Counted from the stretch's first letter, positions 1 through 11,272 are shown. The stretch is DNA of 64,000 nt from Candidatus Egerieisoma sp. (GCA_045588775.1 JAZNEW010000061.1:31884-95883); one strand, 5' to 3'. The notes: generated by a model from the letters alone, not told the origin. Made by a program: numbers and translations.

Positions 1-26
1 GTTAAAGAGTATAAAATTTGAATAAG

Positions 27-1190
27 ATGAAAGTTCTGATTATTGATGATGAGAGAGGCATCAGGAATACGTTAAAGGAGATTTTGGAGTTTGAGGGACA
101 TGAGATTATATTGGCAGCAGATGGAAAAGAGGGTTTGGATAGTGCCATGTCGGGAAATTTTGATGTAATTTTCTGTGATATCAAAATGCCCGGAATGGAT
201 GGTATTGAGGTGCTTGAGAAACTTATTGAAAATGGTGTTGATTCTTCTGTGGTCATGATTTCCGGTCATGGCTCGATTGATACAGCCGTTGAGTGTATAA
301 AGAAAGGAGCTTTTGATTTTATTGAAAAACCGCTCGATCTTAACCGTATACTCATTACATTGAAAAATGCAACAGACAAGACATCTCTGATCAAAGAGAC
401 AAAGGTTTTGAAGAAAAAGGTGGCAGGTATTCCTGAAATTGTGGGAGAATCTGCACCTATTGTAAGAATCAAGGAGATGATTGACAGAGTTGCGGCTACC
501 GATGCCAGAGTCCTTATCACAGGATCGAACGGAACAGGTAAGGAGTTGGTTGCCAGATGGCTGCACGAAAAGAGCAATCGCAGTACAATGCCTTTTATAG
601 AGGTGAACTGTGCTGCTATTCCAAGCGAACTTATAGAGAGTGAACTTTTTGGTCATGAAAAAGGTGCGTTTACATCGGCAATCAAACAGCACAAGGGCAA
701 ATTTGAACAGGCAGATGGCGGCACGCTCTTTCTGGACGAAATCGGAGATATGAGTCTGGCAGCCCAAGCTAAGGTGTTGAGGGTATTGCAGGAGAACAAA
801 CTCACCAGAGTCGGCAGCGACAAAGATATTTCTGTAAAGGTGAGAGTAGTTGCGGCAACCAATAAGAATCTTCAGGAGGAGATACAGAAGGGCAATTTTA
901 GGGAAGACCTCTATCACCGTTTGAGCGTCATCATTATTCATGTACCACCATTGGCAGAGCGTAAAGATGATATTCCATTATTAGTCAATCATTTTATACA
1001 GATGATTAGTGGAGAGACCGGAATGCCGTTGCGTAAAATAGATGATGATGCGGTAAAACTCCTTGCAGAGCAGCCTTGGACCGGAAATATCAGGGAGCTT
1101 CGCAATGTGGTGGAGCGCCTTCTCATTCTGGGTGGCAACACCATCTCCAAAGAAGATGTGATGGCTTATGCAATAGGGTTTTCAAAATAA
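27..1190 (+). CDS. Sigma-54-dependent response regulator (REC + AAA+ bEBP core), with no C-terminal HTH
   Basis: REC motif 'VLIIDDE...DIKMPGMDG'. Walker A 'GSNGTGKE', 'GAFTSA' (GAFTGA variant), 'FLDEIGD', 'NIRELRNVVER'. The ORF-track start at 18 is TTG; ATG at 27 gives MKVLIIDD. Confidence 0.85.
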   Translation: MKVLIIDDERGIRNTLKEILEFEGHEIILAADGKEGLDSAMSGNFDVIFCDIKMPGMDGIEVLEKLIENGVDSSVVMISGHGSIDTAVECIKKGAFDFIEKPLDLNRILITLKNATDKTSLIKETKVLKKKVAGIPEIVGESAPIVRIKEMIDRVAATDARVLITGSNGTGKELVARWLHEKSNRSTMPFIEVNCAAIPSELIESELFGHEKGAFTSAIKQHKGKFEQADGGTLFLDEIGDMSLAAQAKVLRVLQENKLTRVGSDKDISVKVRVVAATNKNLQEEIQKGNFREDLYHRLSVIIIHVPPLAERKDDIPLLVNHFIQMISGETGMPLRKIDDDAVKLLAEQPWTGNIRELRNVVERLLILGGNTISKEDVMAYAIGFSK

Positions 1191-1206
1191 AAAGAGAGGG
1201 AAACCG

Positions 1207-1602
1207 CTATTCCCTCTCTATTCTAAGCTGTTGTATCTGATTGCCGCTGTTTTGCTGTGTCTTTACAAAGAGCGTAACCCTGAATGTTTCACCCCCTGCA
1301 TTGAGCTTTCCTATTGCATACTTCATAGGGGCCTTGCCGCTTTTATGAATGATTGAAAAGTTTTTTGGGGTATATGTTATAAAGAAATCCTTCATTATCT
1401 GGGTTGCCTGAACTTTGCTGCAGTCGATAGTCTTGCCCAAAATATCCAGTTCAAGATTGTTTGCAAACCAGGCCGAAAGACTCTCCGAATCTCCTTGCTG
1501 GATATACTTTCCTATTGGTACAAAAACATCCTGGGACTGTTGTGCGCCAATTGGAGCGAACGACAATAAAAACAGTGAAACGAGTAGTGCTGCAAATCTC
1601 AT
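1207..1602 (-). CDS. Small secreted protein, DUF4783-like
   Basis: Signal peptide 'MRFAALLVSLFLLSFAPIGAQQ' starts at ATG 1602. The track start at 1650 is TTG and adds a non-signal extension. The family call is from memory of similar Bacteroidetes proteins. Confidence 0.55.
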   Translation of the reverse strand: MRFAALLVSLFLLSFAPIGAQQSQDVFVPIGKYIQQGDSESLSAWFANNLELDILGKTIDCSKVQATQIMKDFFITYTPKNFSIIHKSGKAPMKYAIGKLNAGGETFRVTLFVKTQQNSGNQIQQLRIERE

Positions 1603-1678
1603 AATATCTCTATTAATTCTTTTTAGAATAATGAGTTTAAATTTTTGCAAAAATCAAGCCATATTGTTGTTTTATTGT

Positions 1679-1686
1679 TATTTTTG
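1679..1686 (+). promoter_or_regulatory. Bacteroidetes-type -7 promoter box TATTTTTG upstream of rlmH
   Basis: Matches TAnnTTTG, about 50 nt upstream of the rlmH start. Confidence 0.4.
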
Positions 1687-1737
1687 CAATAGGCACGGTT
1701 TTGGCAGATCGGACTCATTAAAATAATTTTATAAAAA

Positions 1738-2211
1738 GTGAAGATTACATTATTGTTGGTAGGTAAAACAACATTTCCATACGTTGCGGAAGGAGTGTCG
1801 GTTTATGAGAAAAGGCTCTCATATTATATTAATTATTCAAAAGTGGAAATTCCTGAATTAAAGGGAGTTTCGGCTATGAGCCAGGAGATGGTAAAGGAGA
1901 AGGAGGGTGAACTTATACTCAAAAATATAAAACCGACAGATGATGTCATTTTATTGGATGAGAGGGGAGATTGCTTCTCTTCTGAAGATTGGGCACGCCA
2001 TTTGGAGAAGAAAATTGTGTATAGTGGAAAGGATATAGTATTTGTGATAGGTGGGGCATACGGGTTTTCAAAAGAGGTTTACAAAAGGGCCAACGGAATG
2101 CTGTCGCTCTCCAAAATGACCTTTTCACACCAGATAATAAGGGTAATATTTCTTGAACAGTTATATAGGGCATTTACTATAATGAAGGGTGAACCTTATC
2201 ATCACCGCTGA
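1738..2211 (+). CDS. rlmH: 23S rRNA (pseudouridine1915-N3)-methyltransferase RlmH
   Basis: 157 aa SPOUT protein with 'GGAYGFS...LSLSKMTFSHQ...RVIFLEQLYRA...GEPYHH'. GTG start. Confidence 0.9.
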   Translation: MKITLLLVGKTTFPYVAEGVSVYEKRLSYYINYSKVEIPELKGVSAMSQEMVKEKEGELILKNIKPTDDVILLDERGDCFSSEDWARHLEKKIVYSGKDIVFVIGGAYGFSKEVYKRANGMLSLSKMTFSHQIIRVIFLEQLYRAFTIMKGEPYHHR

Positions 2212-2225
2212 CAAAATATCTGAAA

Positions 2226-5200
2226 ATGAAGCTGGCAAAGTTGTTTCATAACATAGGCAAAGGTATAAGGAGAGCGTATGATATACTGATAAAATATCAT
2301 ACTGCGGCAGCCTGTATAATGACAGCGCTGCTCTTTTCCATTTCATTCCTTGCCCCAACAAGTAACAGGTCTGTAGAGAAGGAGGCGGCCAAACTAGAAA
2401 AGAGAATAAGACAGCGTCAGCAGATACTTGAGGATTATGTGCAGAAGGCATTTGACACACCGGTAGAAGAGCGGCTTGAACTGGAGGATTTTCCGGATGA
2501 TATGGTTATCTACAGGTATAATGCCGATACTATACAATCGTGGGTGAACCAGTTCCCGATTAACAATGATGAGGTGGATGTCCTGCCATTGTGGTACAGG
2601 TTGCACTATATGAACAGCCGTAGCCTTTTCAATACCCCTTTGGCATATCTTACGACTCAGGAACAATATGTGAATCTGGGTTCTGCGTGGTATGTGGTTA
2701 AGGTTTATGTAGAAGATGGAGTGAAGATCATCTCCGGATTGCTGGTAAAGACAGAGTATTTGTCGGATAATGAGGTATTGGTAAATAAAATAAATCCTGA
2801 ATTGGGAGTGCGGCGCAAGCTCTCACTCTTTCCTGTGAATTTTGATGAAGGAAGGGTGATTACAGGCAAAGATGGTGGTGTGCTCTTTTCCGTTACAGAC
2901 GATATCTCCTCTATGCGGACGGGGCATAATACAACTCTCAAGTGGCTTTCGTTGCTGTTTGCGGCAATTGCGCTCTACTCATATTTTCTCGGGCGCAAAA
3001 CCTATCTTTCATTTGTCATATTCATTTTTGGTATAACACTGCTCAGAATATTGGCCTTCGGAATAGCCGGCAGCATGAGGCTGGATGCTTCTCTCTTTTC
3101 TCCCAATCTTTATGCCGACAGCGGTATTTTCTCCTCTCTGGGAAATCTGCTGCTGAATAATCTGTATGTCTTTCTGTTTGTATTGGCGATATACATCATA
3201 CGAAGGCAGATTGTAAGATATTGCAGAACTCCCGAGCATAAATTGAGATATCTGTTGATAGCGTTGCTGGTTATATTGCCGGTATCTGTAGCGGTATATA
3301 TTCATCACACACTCCATTCGTTGATAAATAATTCAAATATCATACTTGAAATATACAGGATAGAGGAGCTTGACATCAATTCAATTTTGTGTTACATTTC
3401 ATATGGATTGCTCTTTATTGCATTGCTGCTGCTGTTGCAGATTGTGGTGTCGGTAGCGGGATTGTCCGACAAGATCTCTCTGATGAAATCGAAATATCTG
3501 CTGATATATATATTTCTGATATCGGCATATATGCTCTCTACAATAAGTTATCTTGGATATAAAAAGGAGGTTGCCAGAAGCAGGATGTGGACAAACAGAC
3601 TCTCTGTAGAGCGTGATCTGGGCCTTGAATTGCACTTGAAATCAATTGAGGGCAAACTGCTGTCGGATCCTGTGCTGAGAAATATTATGGATGTGCAGCA
3701 GCAGGGAGCTGATGTGAGATCTTTGCTGTATAATAGGCTGAATGAGTCGTATTTGCAGGGAATAAACCAGAAATATGAGATACAACTCACTATCTGCCGT
3801 CCAAATGAAAGCCTGATTCACAACGATGGCCGGCATATTGTGGATTGTAACTCCCATTATCAGAATGAGGTAATCAGAAACGGCTCTCCACTCTCCGACA
3901 AATACATCTTCTTTTTCCTGAACAATTATAATGGAAGGGTGAGTTATCTTGGAATGCTGACCTATTATGGCAATGAAGGCAGCATGACTCTGTATATTGA
4001 GATAAATTCCCGCTTTATGAAGGATGTGATAGGTTATCCGGCTTTGCTTTTCGACTACAAGCAGGCAGATAACTTCAATATGCCCGGCATATATTCATAC
4101 GCAAAATATATAGATGACAGAATGGTCATTTACAGGGGAAACTACAATTATCCTATTGCAATTGACCAGCAGGATTATCAGGATGGATTTTCTACATTTG
4201 TAAAGGACAAATATCTTCATTTTGTAAATAAATTCTCTTCGGACAACCTGATAGTGATAAGCAGACCAAAGAGGGATATATTCATATATTTCATATCCTT
4301 CTCCTATCTGGCCCTCTTTTTTGCGGCAATGTTTTACATTTTTGGCAGAATGAGGCGGATAAACAATCGTGTGCTGAATATAAGATTGCCAAGAAACTCC
4401 TTTAGAAGGAAGGTGAATTATCTGCTCACATTCTCACTTGTGGTATCACTGCTGTGTATGGGTCTGGGTTCAATATGGTTCAGTATCAGTTATTATAATG
4501 AGGCCAACAGAATGCAGATGGAGGAGAAGCTGCAGACAGTGCAGACAACTCTGTCGGATTTTTGCAAGTATATAGGCAAGTATAATGATTTGAACACACC
4601 CGATATGTTCCAGACTATCGACAGGCTTGCCAATACAACGCAGGTTGATATAAATCTGTATGATCCGCATGGACGGCTTATCCGTTCAACACAGCCTGAA
4701 CTCTTTGAAAGGTACCTGCTTTCGTCGAGAATGAATCATGTTGCATATAAAAAACTGATAGACGACAACAAGAAGCAGGTTGTCAATAAGGAGAATATAG
4801 CAGAACTATCTTACCATTCGCTTTATGCCCCTATAATAAATGCAGAGGGCAATCTGGTTGCCATTGTGAATATTCCATACTTTACAAGAATTGCAGGTAT
4901 AAGCGGAATTTCTCCAATTGTCGCTTCAATAATGAATATCTATATATTGTTGCTGCTGGTTGCCATATTTTGTGGAACTATTATTTCCAATTCGCTGTCG
5001 CGGCCATTGGCTGAAATCAGTAACAAGATGCAGCTGCTTGATATTTCGGGTCATGTGGAGCATATCAACTATAAGAATCAGGATGAGCTTGGTGTGTTGG
5101 TAGGTGCTTATAATAAAATGGTGGACGATCTCGAAGAGAGTACCAAGCGGCTTGCACAAACGGAGAGAGAGCATGCCTGGAGCGAAATGGCACGACAAAT

Positions 5201-5849
5201 TGCACACGAAATTAAAAATCCGCTTACTCCGATGAGATTGAGCATACAGCATCTGATAAGGCTTAAGCAGAGAGGAGTAGAGGGTTGGGAAGAGAAGTTT
5301 GAAGAGGTGGCCGGCTCAATTCTGGAGCAGATAGATATTCTCTCCGAAACAGCATCCGAGTTCTCGAGCTTTGCAAAATTCTATTATGAGGAGAATATGG
5401 TTCTCAACCTTTATAATGTTATTACAGAGCAGAAAATCCTTTTTGATACCCGCGACAATATCAAGATATTGTTCAATTATGAAGGTGAAGATGCTCCGGT
5501 TTTTGCCCGTAAGGGACAGATAATAAGGGTCGTTGTGAATCTGTTGTCGAATGCTGTGCAGGCTCTGGAGAGTATCGGGCGAGGGTATGTGAGAATCTCT
5601 TTGACTCTCCAAAACGACAGCTATGTTGTATCAATTGAAGATAATGGTCATGGAGTAAAAGAGGAGGATGTTGCAAAACTCTTCAAACCCAATTTTACAA
5701 CAAAGAGCAGCGGTACCGGTCTGGGACTTGCCATCTGCCGCAATATAATAGAACAAAGCGGCGGTACTATCTGGTACAGCCGCTCGGAACTTGGTGGTGC
5801 AAACTTCTCATTCAGTTTGCCTATTTTTGTCTCAAATAAATCTGTATAG
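2226..5849 (+). CDS. Large multi-pass membrane sensor histidine kinase (HAMP-HisKA-HATPase)
   Basis: 1207 aa with many hydrophobic segments. H-box '[15 protein letters not shown]', N-box '[11 protein letters not shown]', G-boxes 'DNGHGV' and 'GTGLGLAI'. Confidence 0.85.
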   Translation: MKLAKLFHNIGKGIRRAYDILIKYHTAAACIMTALLFSISFLAPTSNRSVEKEAAKLEKRIRQRQQILEDYVQKAFDTPVEERLELEDFPDDMVIYRYNADTIQSWVNQFPINNDEVDVLPLWYRLHYMNSRSLFNTPLAYLTTQEQYVNLGSAWYVVKVYVEDGVKIISGLLVKTEYLSDNEVLVNKINPELGVRRKLSLFPVNFDEGRVITGKDGGVLFSVTDDISSMRTGHNTTLKWLSLLFAAIALYSYFLGRKTYLSFVIFIFGITLLRILAFGIAGSMRLDASLFSPNLYADSGIFSSLGNLLLNNLYVFLFVLAIYIIRRQIVRYCRTPEHKLRYLLIALLVILPVSVAVYIHHTLHSLINNSNIILEIYRIEELDINSILCYISYGLLFIALLLLLQIVVSVAGLSDKISLMKSKYLLIYIFLISAYMLSTISYLGYKKEVARSRMWTNRLSVERDLGLELHLKSIEGKLLSDPVLRNIMDVQQQGADVRSLLYNRLNESYLQGINQKYEIQLTICRPNESLIHNDGRHIVDCNSHYQNEVIRNGSPLSDKYIFFFLNNYNGRVSYLGMLTYYGNEGSMTLYIEINSRFMKDVIGYPALLFDYKQADNFNMPGIYSYAKYIDDRMVIYRGNYNYPIAIDQQDYQDGFSTFVKDKYLHFVNKFSSDNLIVISRPKRDIFIYFISFSYLALFFAAMFYIFGRMRRINNRVLNIRLPRNSFRRKVNYLLTFSLVVSLLCMGLGSIWFSISYYNEANRMQMEEKLQTVQTTLSDFCKYIGKYNDLNTPDMFQTIDRLANTTQVDINLYDPHGRLIRSTQPELFERYLLSSRMNHVAYKKLIDDNKKQVVNKENIAELSYHSLYAPIINAEGNLVAIVNIPYFTRIAGISGISPIVASIMNIYILLLLVAIFCGTIISNSLSRPLAEISNKMQLLDISGHVEHINYKNQDELGVLVGAYNKMVDDLEESTKRLAQTEREHAWSEMARQIAHEIKNPLTPMRLSIQHLIRLKQRGVEGWEEKFEEVAGSILEQIDILSETASEFSSFAKFYYEENMVLNLYNVITEQKILFDTRDNIKILFNYEGEDAPVFARKGQIIRVVVNLLSNAVQALESIGRGYVRISLTLQNDSYVVSIEDNGHGVKEEDVAKLFKPNFTTKSSGTGLGLAICRNIIEQSGGTIWYSRSELGGANFSFSLPIFVSNKSV

Positions 5850-7128
5850 GACATCCGCAGAAGTTAAAATGCTCCCTCAGCCTGTTTTCGAGATACCTCT
5901 TGTATGGATCCTTGACATATTGGGGCAGGTTGCAGAAGAATGCAAACGCCGGGCTTTTGCTTGGCAATTGTGTGATATATTTGATTTTAATATATTTTCC
6001 TTTAATTGCAGGCGGCGGATAATTCTCAATCTCTTCGAGCATAACTTCGTTCAATTGCGAAGTAGGGATCTTGCGTGAGTAATTTTCGTAAACCTCGTTG
6101 GCAGCTTTCAGCACATCAAAAATACGCTGCTTGTTCAGAACGGAGGTAAATATGATTGGAACATCGTTGAAAGGGGCAATACGTTTGAGAATGGCCTCTC
6201 TATATTGCTTCATTGTATTATTGTCTTTTTCAATGGCATCCCACTTGTTCACTACAATTACACAACCCTTCTTGTTACGGACAATCAGATTGAAAATCGC
6301 CATATCCTGTGCCTCAACACCATTTTGGGCATCGAGCATAAGAATACATACATCTGAATTTTCGATAGATCTTACAGCTCTCATTACCGAGTAAAACTCA
6401 AGATCCTCAGTAACCTTGTTTTTCTTTCTCAAACCGGCAGTGTCTACAAGCATGAACTCATAACCATACTTATTATAATATGTGGAAATGGAGTCTCTGG
6501 TTGTGCCTGCAACAGGAGTTACAATATTCCTTTTCTCTCCAAGGAGAGCATTTGTCATTGAACTTTTGCCTACATTCGGTTTTCCCACGATGGTAATGTG
6601 CGGCAATATCTTCTCTTCCTCCTTTTGCTCAGGCTCATCCGGCAGCAGTGAGCAGATTTTGTCCAAAAGGTCGCCTGTGCCACCGCCATTTACGGCAGCA
6701 ATGCTGAACGGTTCACCAAGACCCAATGAGTTGAACTCGTATGTTCCGTACATTTTGTCGCCGGTATCAACTTTGTTTACGGCAAGAACAACCGGTTTCT
6801 TGCATTTTCTGAGAAATCCTGCAATTTCGGAGTCATAATCGGTAATACCGGTTTCAACTTCGCACAAGAAGAGAATCACATCAGCCTCTTCAATGGCCAA
6901 AGCTACCTGACTTCTGATCTCATCCTCAAAGACATCATCAGAGTTGCTGGTGTATCCACCTGTATCAACAACTGAAAACTCTTTTCCACACCATTCTGCT
7001 TTGCCATAATGTCTGTCTCTTGTAACACCGGCAGTCTCATCAACAATTGCTTGTCTCATTCCTACCAATCTGTTGAAAAGGGTTGATTTACCCACATTAG
7101 GGCGTCCTACAATTGCTACTATTCCCAT
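5821..7128 (-). CDS. der: Ribosome-associated GTPase Der/EngA (two GTPase domains)
   Basis: '[14 protein letters not shown]' and '[14 protein letters not shown]' P-loops, 'DTGG'/'DTAG', 'NKVD'/'NKWD'. Confidence 0.95.
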   Translation of the reverse strand: MGIVAIVGRPNVGKSTLFNRLVGMRQAIVDETAGVTRDRHYGKAEWCGKEFSVVDTGGYTSNSDDVFEDEIRSQVALAIEEADVILFLCEVETGITDYDSEIAGFLRKCKKPVVLAVNKVDTGDKMYGTYEFNSLGLGEPFSIAAVNGGGTGDLLDKICSLLPDEPEQKEEEKILPHITIVGKPNVGKSSMTNALLGEKRNIVTPVAGTTRDSISTYYNKYGYEFMLVDTAGLRKKNKVTEDLEFYSVMRAVRSIENSDVCILMLDAQNGVEAQDMAIFNLIVRNKKGCVIVVNKWDAIEKDNNTMKQYREAILKRIAPFNDVPIIFTSVLNKQRIFDVLKAANEVYENYSRKIPTSQLNEVMLEEIENYPPPAIKGKYIKIKYITQLPSKSPAFAFFCNLPQYVKDPYKRYLENRLREHFNFCGCPIQIYLRQK

Positions 7129-7213
7129 AATAAATATATTTTCTTAAGTTGGGTGCAAAGATACAACAAAAAAGAAAAGTGAAAAATATAAAGATCTTTC
7201 ACCTGCCTGCAAC

Positions 7214-7465
7214 CTACTCACAACCTGCGCTGCAGCTGCCGCAATCACTGTTGCATCCGGCGGATTTGCCGCTTTGCCTCTCTTTCTTTTTCCCCCAGAG
7301 TTTCTTCTCTTCCATTTTGGCGCACTGTATGCCACGTTTGCGCATCTCCCTGTTATGCTCTATTTCTGTTTCGGGGAATTTGCCGTCTTTTCTGAATATT
7401 ATATTGAAACAGAGCAGGAATATGCACAAACCTACTATAACGAGAGTCAGCAATAACAATTTCAT
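7214..7465 (-). CDS. Small membrane protein with Cys-rich C-terminus
   Basis: N-terminal TM 'LLLLTLVIVGLCIFLLCFNIIF', basic middle region, C-terminal 'GCNSDCGSCSAGCE'. ATG start. Confidence 0.5.
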   Translation of the reverse strand: MKLLLLTLVIVGLCIFLLCFNIIFRKDGKFPETEIEHNREMRKRGIQCAKMEEKKLWGKKKERQSGKSAGCNSDCGSCSAGCE

Positions 7466-7494
7466 AATATTTCAGTAATAAATGTTCAGTGTAA

Positions 7495-8337
7495 CTACAG
7501 CAACCATTTCTCTTTGTGGGCAAGCGGTTTCTTGCTTATATTCAAAATCTGGGGTATCTGGTATAATTTTGAATATGAATGGCTGTGCAGTTCCATAATT
7601 TTTTCTACATCTTCCCGACAGTAGCCTTTGGCTAAAAGGTCCTCTTTGGAGCGGCCTCCCTCATTCAATTCAAAAATTATACGGTCCAGTATCGTGTAGT
7701 CGGGCAGAGTGTCGCTATCCTTCTGGTCTGTTTTAAGTTCGTCGGAGGGAGCCTTTATCATTGAAGATGCCGGAATGACCTCTTCATCGCGGTTGATGTA
7801 GCTTGCCAGTTCGTATATTTCGCTCTTATACAAATCTGCCAACACCATTACAGCACCGGCAAGATCTCCATAAAGGGTGCCATATCCCACATAGAGTTCG
7901 CTTTTGTTTGTAGTATTCAACAAAAGAGCATTGAATTTGTTGGCATAGGCCATGAGAATCGAACATCTGATTCTGGCCTGAAGATGTTCTTCTGCGACAT
8001 TCCATTTGTTGTGCGGCCCAAATATCGGCTGCAGCTCCTTCATGAATTTATTGTAGATTGTGCTGATAGGAATAATATTGTATTTGATGTCGAGATTGTC
8101 TGTGAGGTCTACGGCATCCTGTATTGAGTGAAGTGTGGAGAATTCACTCGGCATCAATATTCCATGCACATTGTTTTTGCCCAGTGCCTTTACTGCAAGG
8201 GCTGCCACTACGGCAGAATCCAGACCTCCGGAGAGTCCAATGACAGCCTGCGCGGCGCCCCTTGAACTGAAGAAATCCCTGATGCCGCAGACAAGGGCAT
8301 CATGAACAGCGTCTATCCGGAGATCACTAGATAACAT
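7495..8337 (-). CDS. nadE: Ammonia-dependent NAD+ synthetase
   Basis: PP-loop 'GLSGGLDSAVVAAL' in a 280 aa protein. Confidence 0.9.
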   Translation of the reverse strand: MLSSDLRIDAVHDALVCGIRDFFSSRGAAQAVIGLSGGLDSAVVAALAVKALGKNNVHGILMPSEFSTLHSIQDAVDLTDNLDIKYNIIPISTIYNKFMKELQPIFGPHNKWNVAEEHLQARIRCSILMAYANKFNALLLNTTNKSELYVGYGTLYGDLAGAVMVLADLYKSEIYELASYINRDEEVIPASSMIKAPSDELKTDQKDSDTLPDYTILDRIIFELNEGGRSKEDLLAKGYCREDVEKIMELHSHSYSKLYQIPQILNISKKPLAHKEKWLL

Positions 8338-8352
8338 GCCTTATATTAATTG

Positions 8353-9303
8353 TTAGAACACAAATGTTGGAGTGATTGATTTGTAGTTGTAAACTTTGTC
8401 AATTACATCACCAATGAGTTCTGCAATAGAGATAACCTTGATCTTTGATGTGTCTGCACCCTCTGCCGGACGCAATGGAATGGTATCGGTTACAATGAGT
8501 TCGGAAAGTTGCGAATTGGCGATATTCTCATAAGCTGCGCCTGAGAGAACTGCGTGGGTTGCAATGGCCCTTACGCTCAATGCGCCCTTCTCCATAAGCA
8601 TATTTGCAGCTTTGCAAAGAGTACCTGCAGTATCAACCATATCATCCACGATAACAACATTTCTGCCCTCAACATCACCAATGGCGGTCATTGAACCTAC
8701 CACATTGGCTCTCTCTCTCGATTTGTGGCATACAATAAGCGGACAGCTCAAAATGCGTGAGTAGGCATTTGCTCTCTTTGCGCCACCCATATCAGGAGCT
8801 GCAATTGAGAGATTCTCAATATTGAGGCTTCTCAAGTAAGGAAGGAAGATTGTGCTGGCATAGATGTGGTCTACAGGGAAATCAAAGAAACCTTGGATCT
8901 GGTCTGCATGGAGGTCTACAGTCATGACTCTGTCGCAACCTGCTGCACCCAACATATTGGCAACCATTTTGGCACCGATAGATACTCTTGGGCGGTCTTT
9001 TCTGTCTTGTCTTGCCCATCCGAAGTAAGGCATAACAGCGATAACTTTGTAAGCAGAAGCTCTTTTTGCAGCATCAATCATCAAAAGAAGCTCAAAAAGA
9101 TTTTCTACAGGCGGATAGGTAGACTGTACGATAAATACAGTTGCTCCTCTGACACTTTCATTGAATGCAGGCTGGAACTCTCCGTCGCTGAAAACAGTAA
9201 CTTCTGATTTTCCCAATTCCAGTTTCAAAGCTTGTGCAATTCTGTCGGCAATGTGTTTTGAGCCGCGGCACGAAAAAACTTTAATAGTATGAGTATGATC
9301 CAT
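8353..9303 (-). CDS. prs: Ribose-phosphate pyrophosphokinase
   Basis: 'MPYFGWARQDRK', 'VDLHADQIQGFF', 'VVIVDDMVDTAGT'. Confidence 0.95.
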   Translation of the reverse strand: MDHTHTIKVFSCRGSKHIADRIAQALKLELGKSEVTVFSDGEFQPAFNESVRGATVFIVQSTYPPVENLFELLLMIDAAKRASAYKVIAVMPYFGWARQDRKDRPRVSIGAKMVANMLGAAGCDRVMTVDLHADQIQGFFDFPVDHIYASTIFLPYLRSLNIENLSIAAPDMGGAKRANAYSRILSCPLIVCHKSRERANVVGSMTAIGDVEGRNVVIVDDMVDTAGTLCKAANMLMEKGALSVRAIATHAVLSGAAYENIANSQLSELIVTDTIPLRPAEGADTSKIKVISIAELIGDVIDKVYNYKSITPTFVF

Positions 9304-9325
9304 AGTGTGTTTGTGTTAAGTGTGT

Positions 9326-9949
9326 TTATTGAAATATATTCTTGTTATTCTCTTTAAGCATTTCCAGAACCGATTCGATATAATCCAGCACTTCGCTCTT
9401 GCCCATTCCGTTCTCCGAAGAGGTTATGAATATTGGTGGCAGCTCCTCCCAATATTCGAGCAGTGTCTTCTTGTTCTTTTCTATTTGGGATATCAGTGCA
9501 TTTTTGCCCAGTTTGTCACCTTTTGTGAAGATTATTGAGAAGGGAATCTGGGCTTCGCCCACAGCCATCAGGAATTCGAGATCGATTTTCTGGATGGGAA
9601 GTCTCGAATCGAGAAGTACAAACAATACCGCAAGCTCTTCTGATTTGCTCACATAGGTATTTATCATATTTGTAAGTCTCTCTCTTCCTGCCTGTGAAAT
9701 TTTGGCATATCCGTAACCCGGCAGATCTACAAGATACCAGTTGTCATTTATTTGGAAATGGTTTATGAGCAGGGTCTTACCCGGAGTGGCTGAAGTTTTG
9801 GCCAGTTTGTTGTTGTCGCACAACATATTTATGAGGGACGATTTGCCCACATTCGATCTTCCTATAAAGGCAAATTCAGGCAATTTGGCTTTTGGCCTAT
9901 CCTTCAATTGTTGGCTACTGCCGGCAAAAACAGCTTTTGTTATTCTCAT
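9326..9949 (-). CDS. yihA: Ribosome biogenesis GTP-binding protein YihA/YsxC (EngB)
   Basis: 'GRSNVGKSSLINML', 'DLPGYGYA', 'TKGDK'. Confidence 0.9.
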   Translation of the reverse strand: MRITKAVFAGSSQQLKDRPKAKLPEFAFIGRSNVGKSSLINMLCDNNKLAKTSATPGKTLLINHFQINDNWYLVDLPGYGYAKISQAGRERLTNMINTYVSKSEELAVLFVLLDSRLPIQKIDLEFLMAVGEAQIPFSIIFTKGDKLGKNALISQIEKNKKTLLEYWEELPPIFITSSENGMGKSEVLDYIESVLEMLKENNKNIFQ

Positions 9950-10063
9950 CAGACCTCAATTTTATTGCAAATGTACTAAAGCGTAGCCGAAATATCTAAA
10001 AAAAGGTTATAAATAAATAAAAAAATAGTACTTTTATACAATATTTGTCTGAGAGAAGAGAGT

Positions 10064-11272
10064 ATGGAAGAGAAGATAAGTTTGTGCGAGTTGCAGGAGA
10101 GGGTCAAACAGACTGTAGACCAATTGTCGCGTGGATATGTGTGGATTACTGCTGAGATTAGTGAGGTGAAGAGAAATGCAAACGGCCATTGGTATCTGGA
10201 GCTTGCTGATTATAGCAGTTCAAACGGAACATTGGCGGCCAAAGCAAGAGCTGTTGTCTGGAGCAGGACTGCAGCTATGCTTATTCCCTTTTTTGAAACA
10301 ACTGCCGGTTCTCCATTGATGTCGGGAATGCATGTGTTGCTGAAGGTGCAGGTGCAGTACTCGCCTGTTTATGGCTTGACACTGAATGTGTTTGATATAG
10401 ACCCTTCATTTACGGTTGGTGAGCTGGAGCTGCATCGCCAGAGGGTGTTGAAAAGGTTGCAGCAGGAGGGAATGTTTGGAGTCAATTCCTCTTTGGAGAT
10501 GGCGGTGTTGCCCAAACGGATTGCGGTAATATCTTCGGAAACGGCTGCCGGCTACAGGGATTTTCTCAAACATCTGGATGAAAATGAGTATGGTTTCAGA
10601 TTCTATGTAAAGCTGTTCAGGGCACCGATGCAGGGTAATGATGCGCCACAGGGTATAATTGAGGCTCTTGATTGGGTGCTGGAGAGTGTTTCGGCCGGAG
10701 AAAAATTTGATTCGGTCGTTATAATAAGGGGTGGTGGAAGCGCTCTGGAATTGGCTTGTTTTGATGATTACGAACTCGCTCTGAATATTGCACAGTTTCC
10801 GCTGCCCGTAATTACCGGAATCGGACATGATCATGATTGTCATGTGGCGGATATGGTGGCACATACATATCTGAAGACACCAACTGCGGTGGCAGGATAT
10901 TTTGTGGATTGCCATTTGCAGCAGGCAGCAATTGTGGACTCCCTCTGCAGAAGGATGAAAATTGCAGTGTCGGGCAAAATAAATGAGCAGAAAAATTGCA
11001 TATTGAGGTATGCCGACAGATTGGGCAACTCTGTTTTGCGTGTTACAGAAAGGGAGAGAACCCGTTTGAAGATGCTGGAGTTGCTGCTTCAGGCGAGAGA
11101 TCCCTACCATATTCTGGATAAGGGATTTGCAATAGTGGCAGATGGCGCAGGCAGGAGAATTGACTCAGTTGATGGAATTTCTGATGGCGATAGAATAAAA
11201 CTGATAATGAGGGATGGAATTGTAGAGTTGTCGGCAAAAGAGCTTGAAAAAATTAAAGATGTTGGAAAATAG
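10064..11272 (+). CDS. xseA: Exodeoxyribonuclease VII large subunit
   Basis: N-terminal OB fold 'VWITAEISEVKRNANGHWYLEL', 'IIRGGGS', 'PVITGIGHDHD'. Confidence 0.9.
   Translation: MEEKISLCELQERVKQTVDQLSRGYVWITAEISEVKRNANGHWYLELADYSSSNGTLAAKARAVVWSRTAAMLIPFFETTAGSPLMSGMHVLLKVQVQYSPVYGLTLNVFDIDPSFTVGELELHRQRVLKRLQQEGMFGVNSSLEMAVLPKRIAVISSETAAGYRDFLKHLDENEYGFRFYVKLFRAPMQGNDAPQGIIEALDWVLESVSAGEKFDSVVIIRGGGSALELACFDDYELALNIAQFPLPVITGIGHDHDCHVADMVAHTYLKTPTAVAGYFVDCHLQQAAIVDSLCRRMKIAVSGKINEQKNCILRYADRLGNSVLRVTERERTRLKMLELLLQARDPYHILDKGFAIVADGAGRRIDSVDGISDGDRIKLIMRDGIVELSAKELEKIKDVGK

Noticed and set aside
18-26. Some ORF-track starts use TTG or GTG and extend the N-terminus: 18, 1650, 38419, 52068, 57016 and 63901.
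   Set aside because: In each case a nearby in-frame ATG gives the N-terminus expected for the family (REC domain, signal peptide, rubredoxin CxxC and so on). For 63901 the frame simply continues upstream. Coordinates were adjusted accordingly.
72-941. Long ORFs run antisense to confidently identified genes: 72-941, 10406-11110, 11297-11965, 12362-13036, 14435-14932, 19598-20158, 31427-32077, 31522-32205, 41814-42449 and 47607-48233.
   Set aside because: Each lies fully inside and opposite a gene with clear family motifs. Their translations are low-complexity or Cys/His/Leu-rich with no motifs, which is typical of shadow ORFs.
5821-5849. The 3' ends of the convergent histidine kinase and der genes overlap by 29 bp. 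Likewise the stop codons of the AAA+ gene and the MauE-like gene abut at 62960-62965.
   Set aside because: Convergent end overlaps are common in compact genomes. No hairpin or other signal suggests regulation here, so this is noted only.
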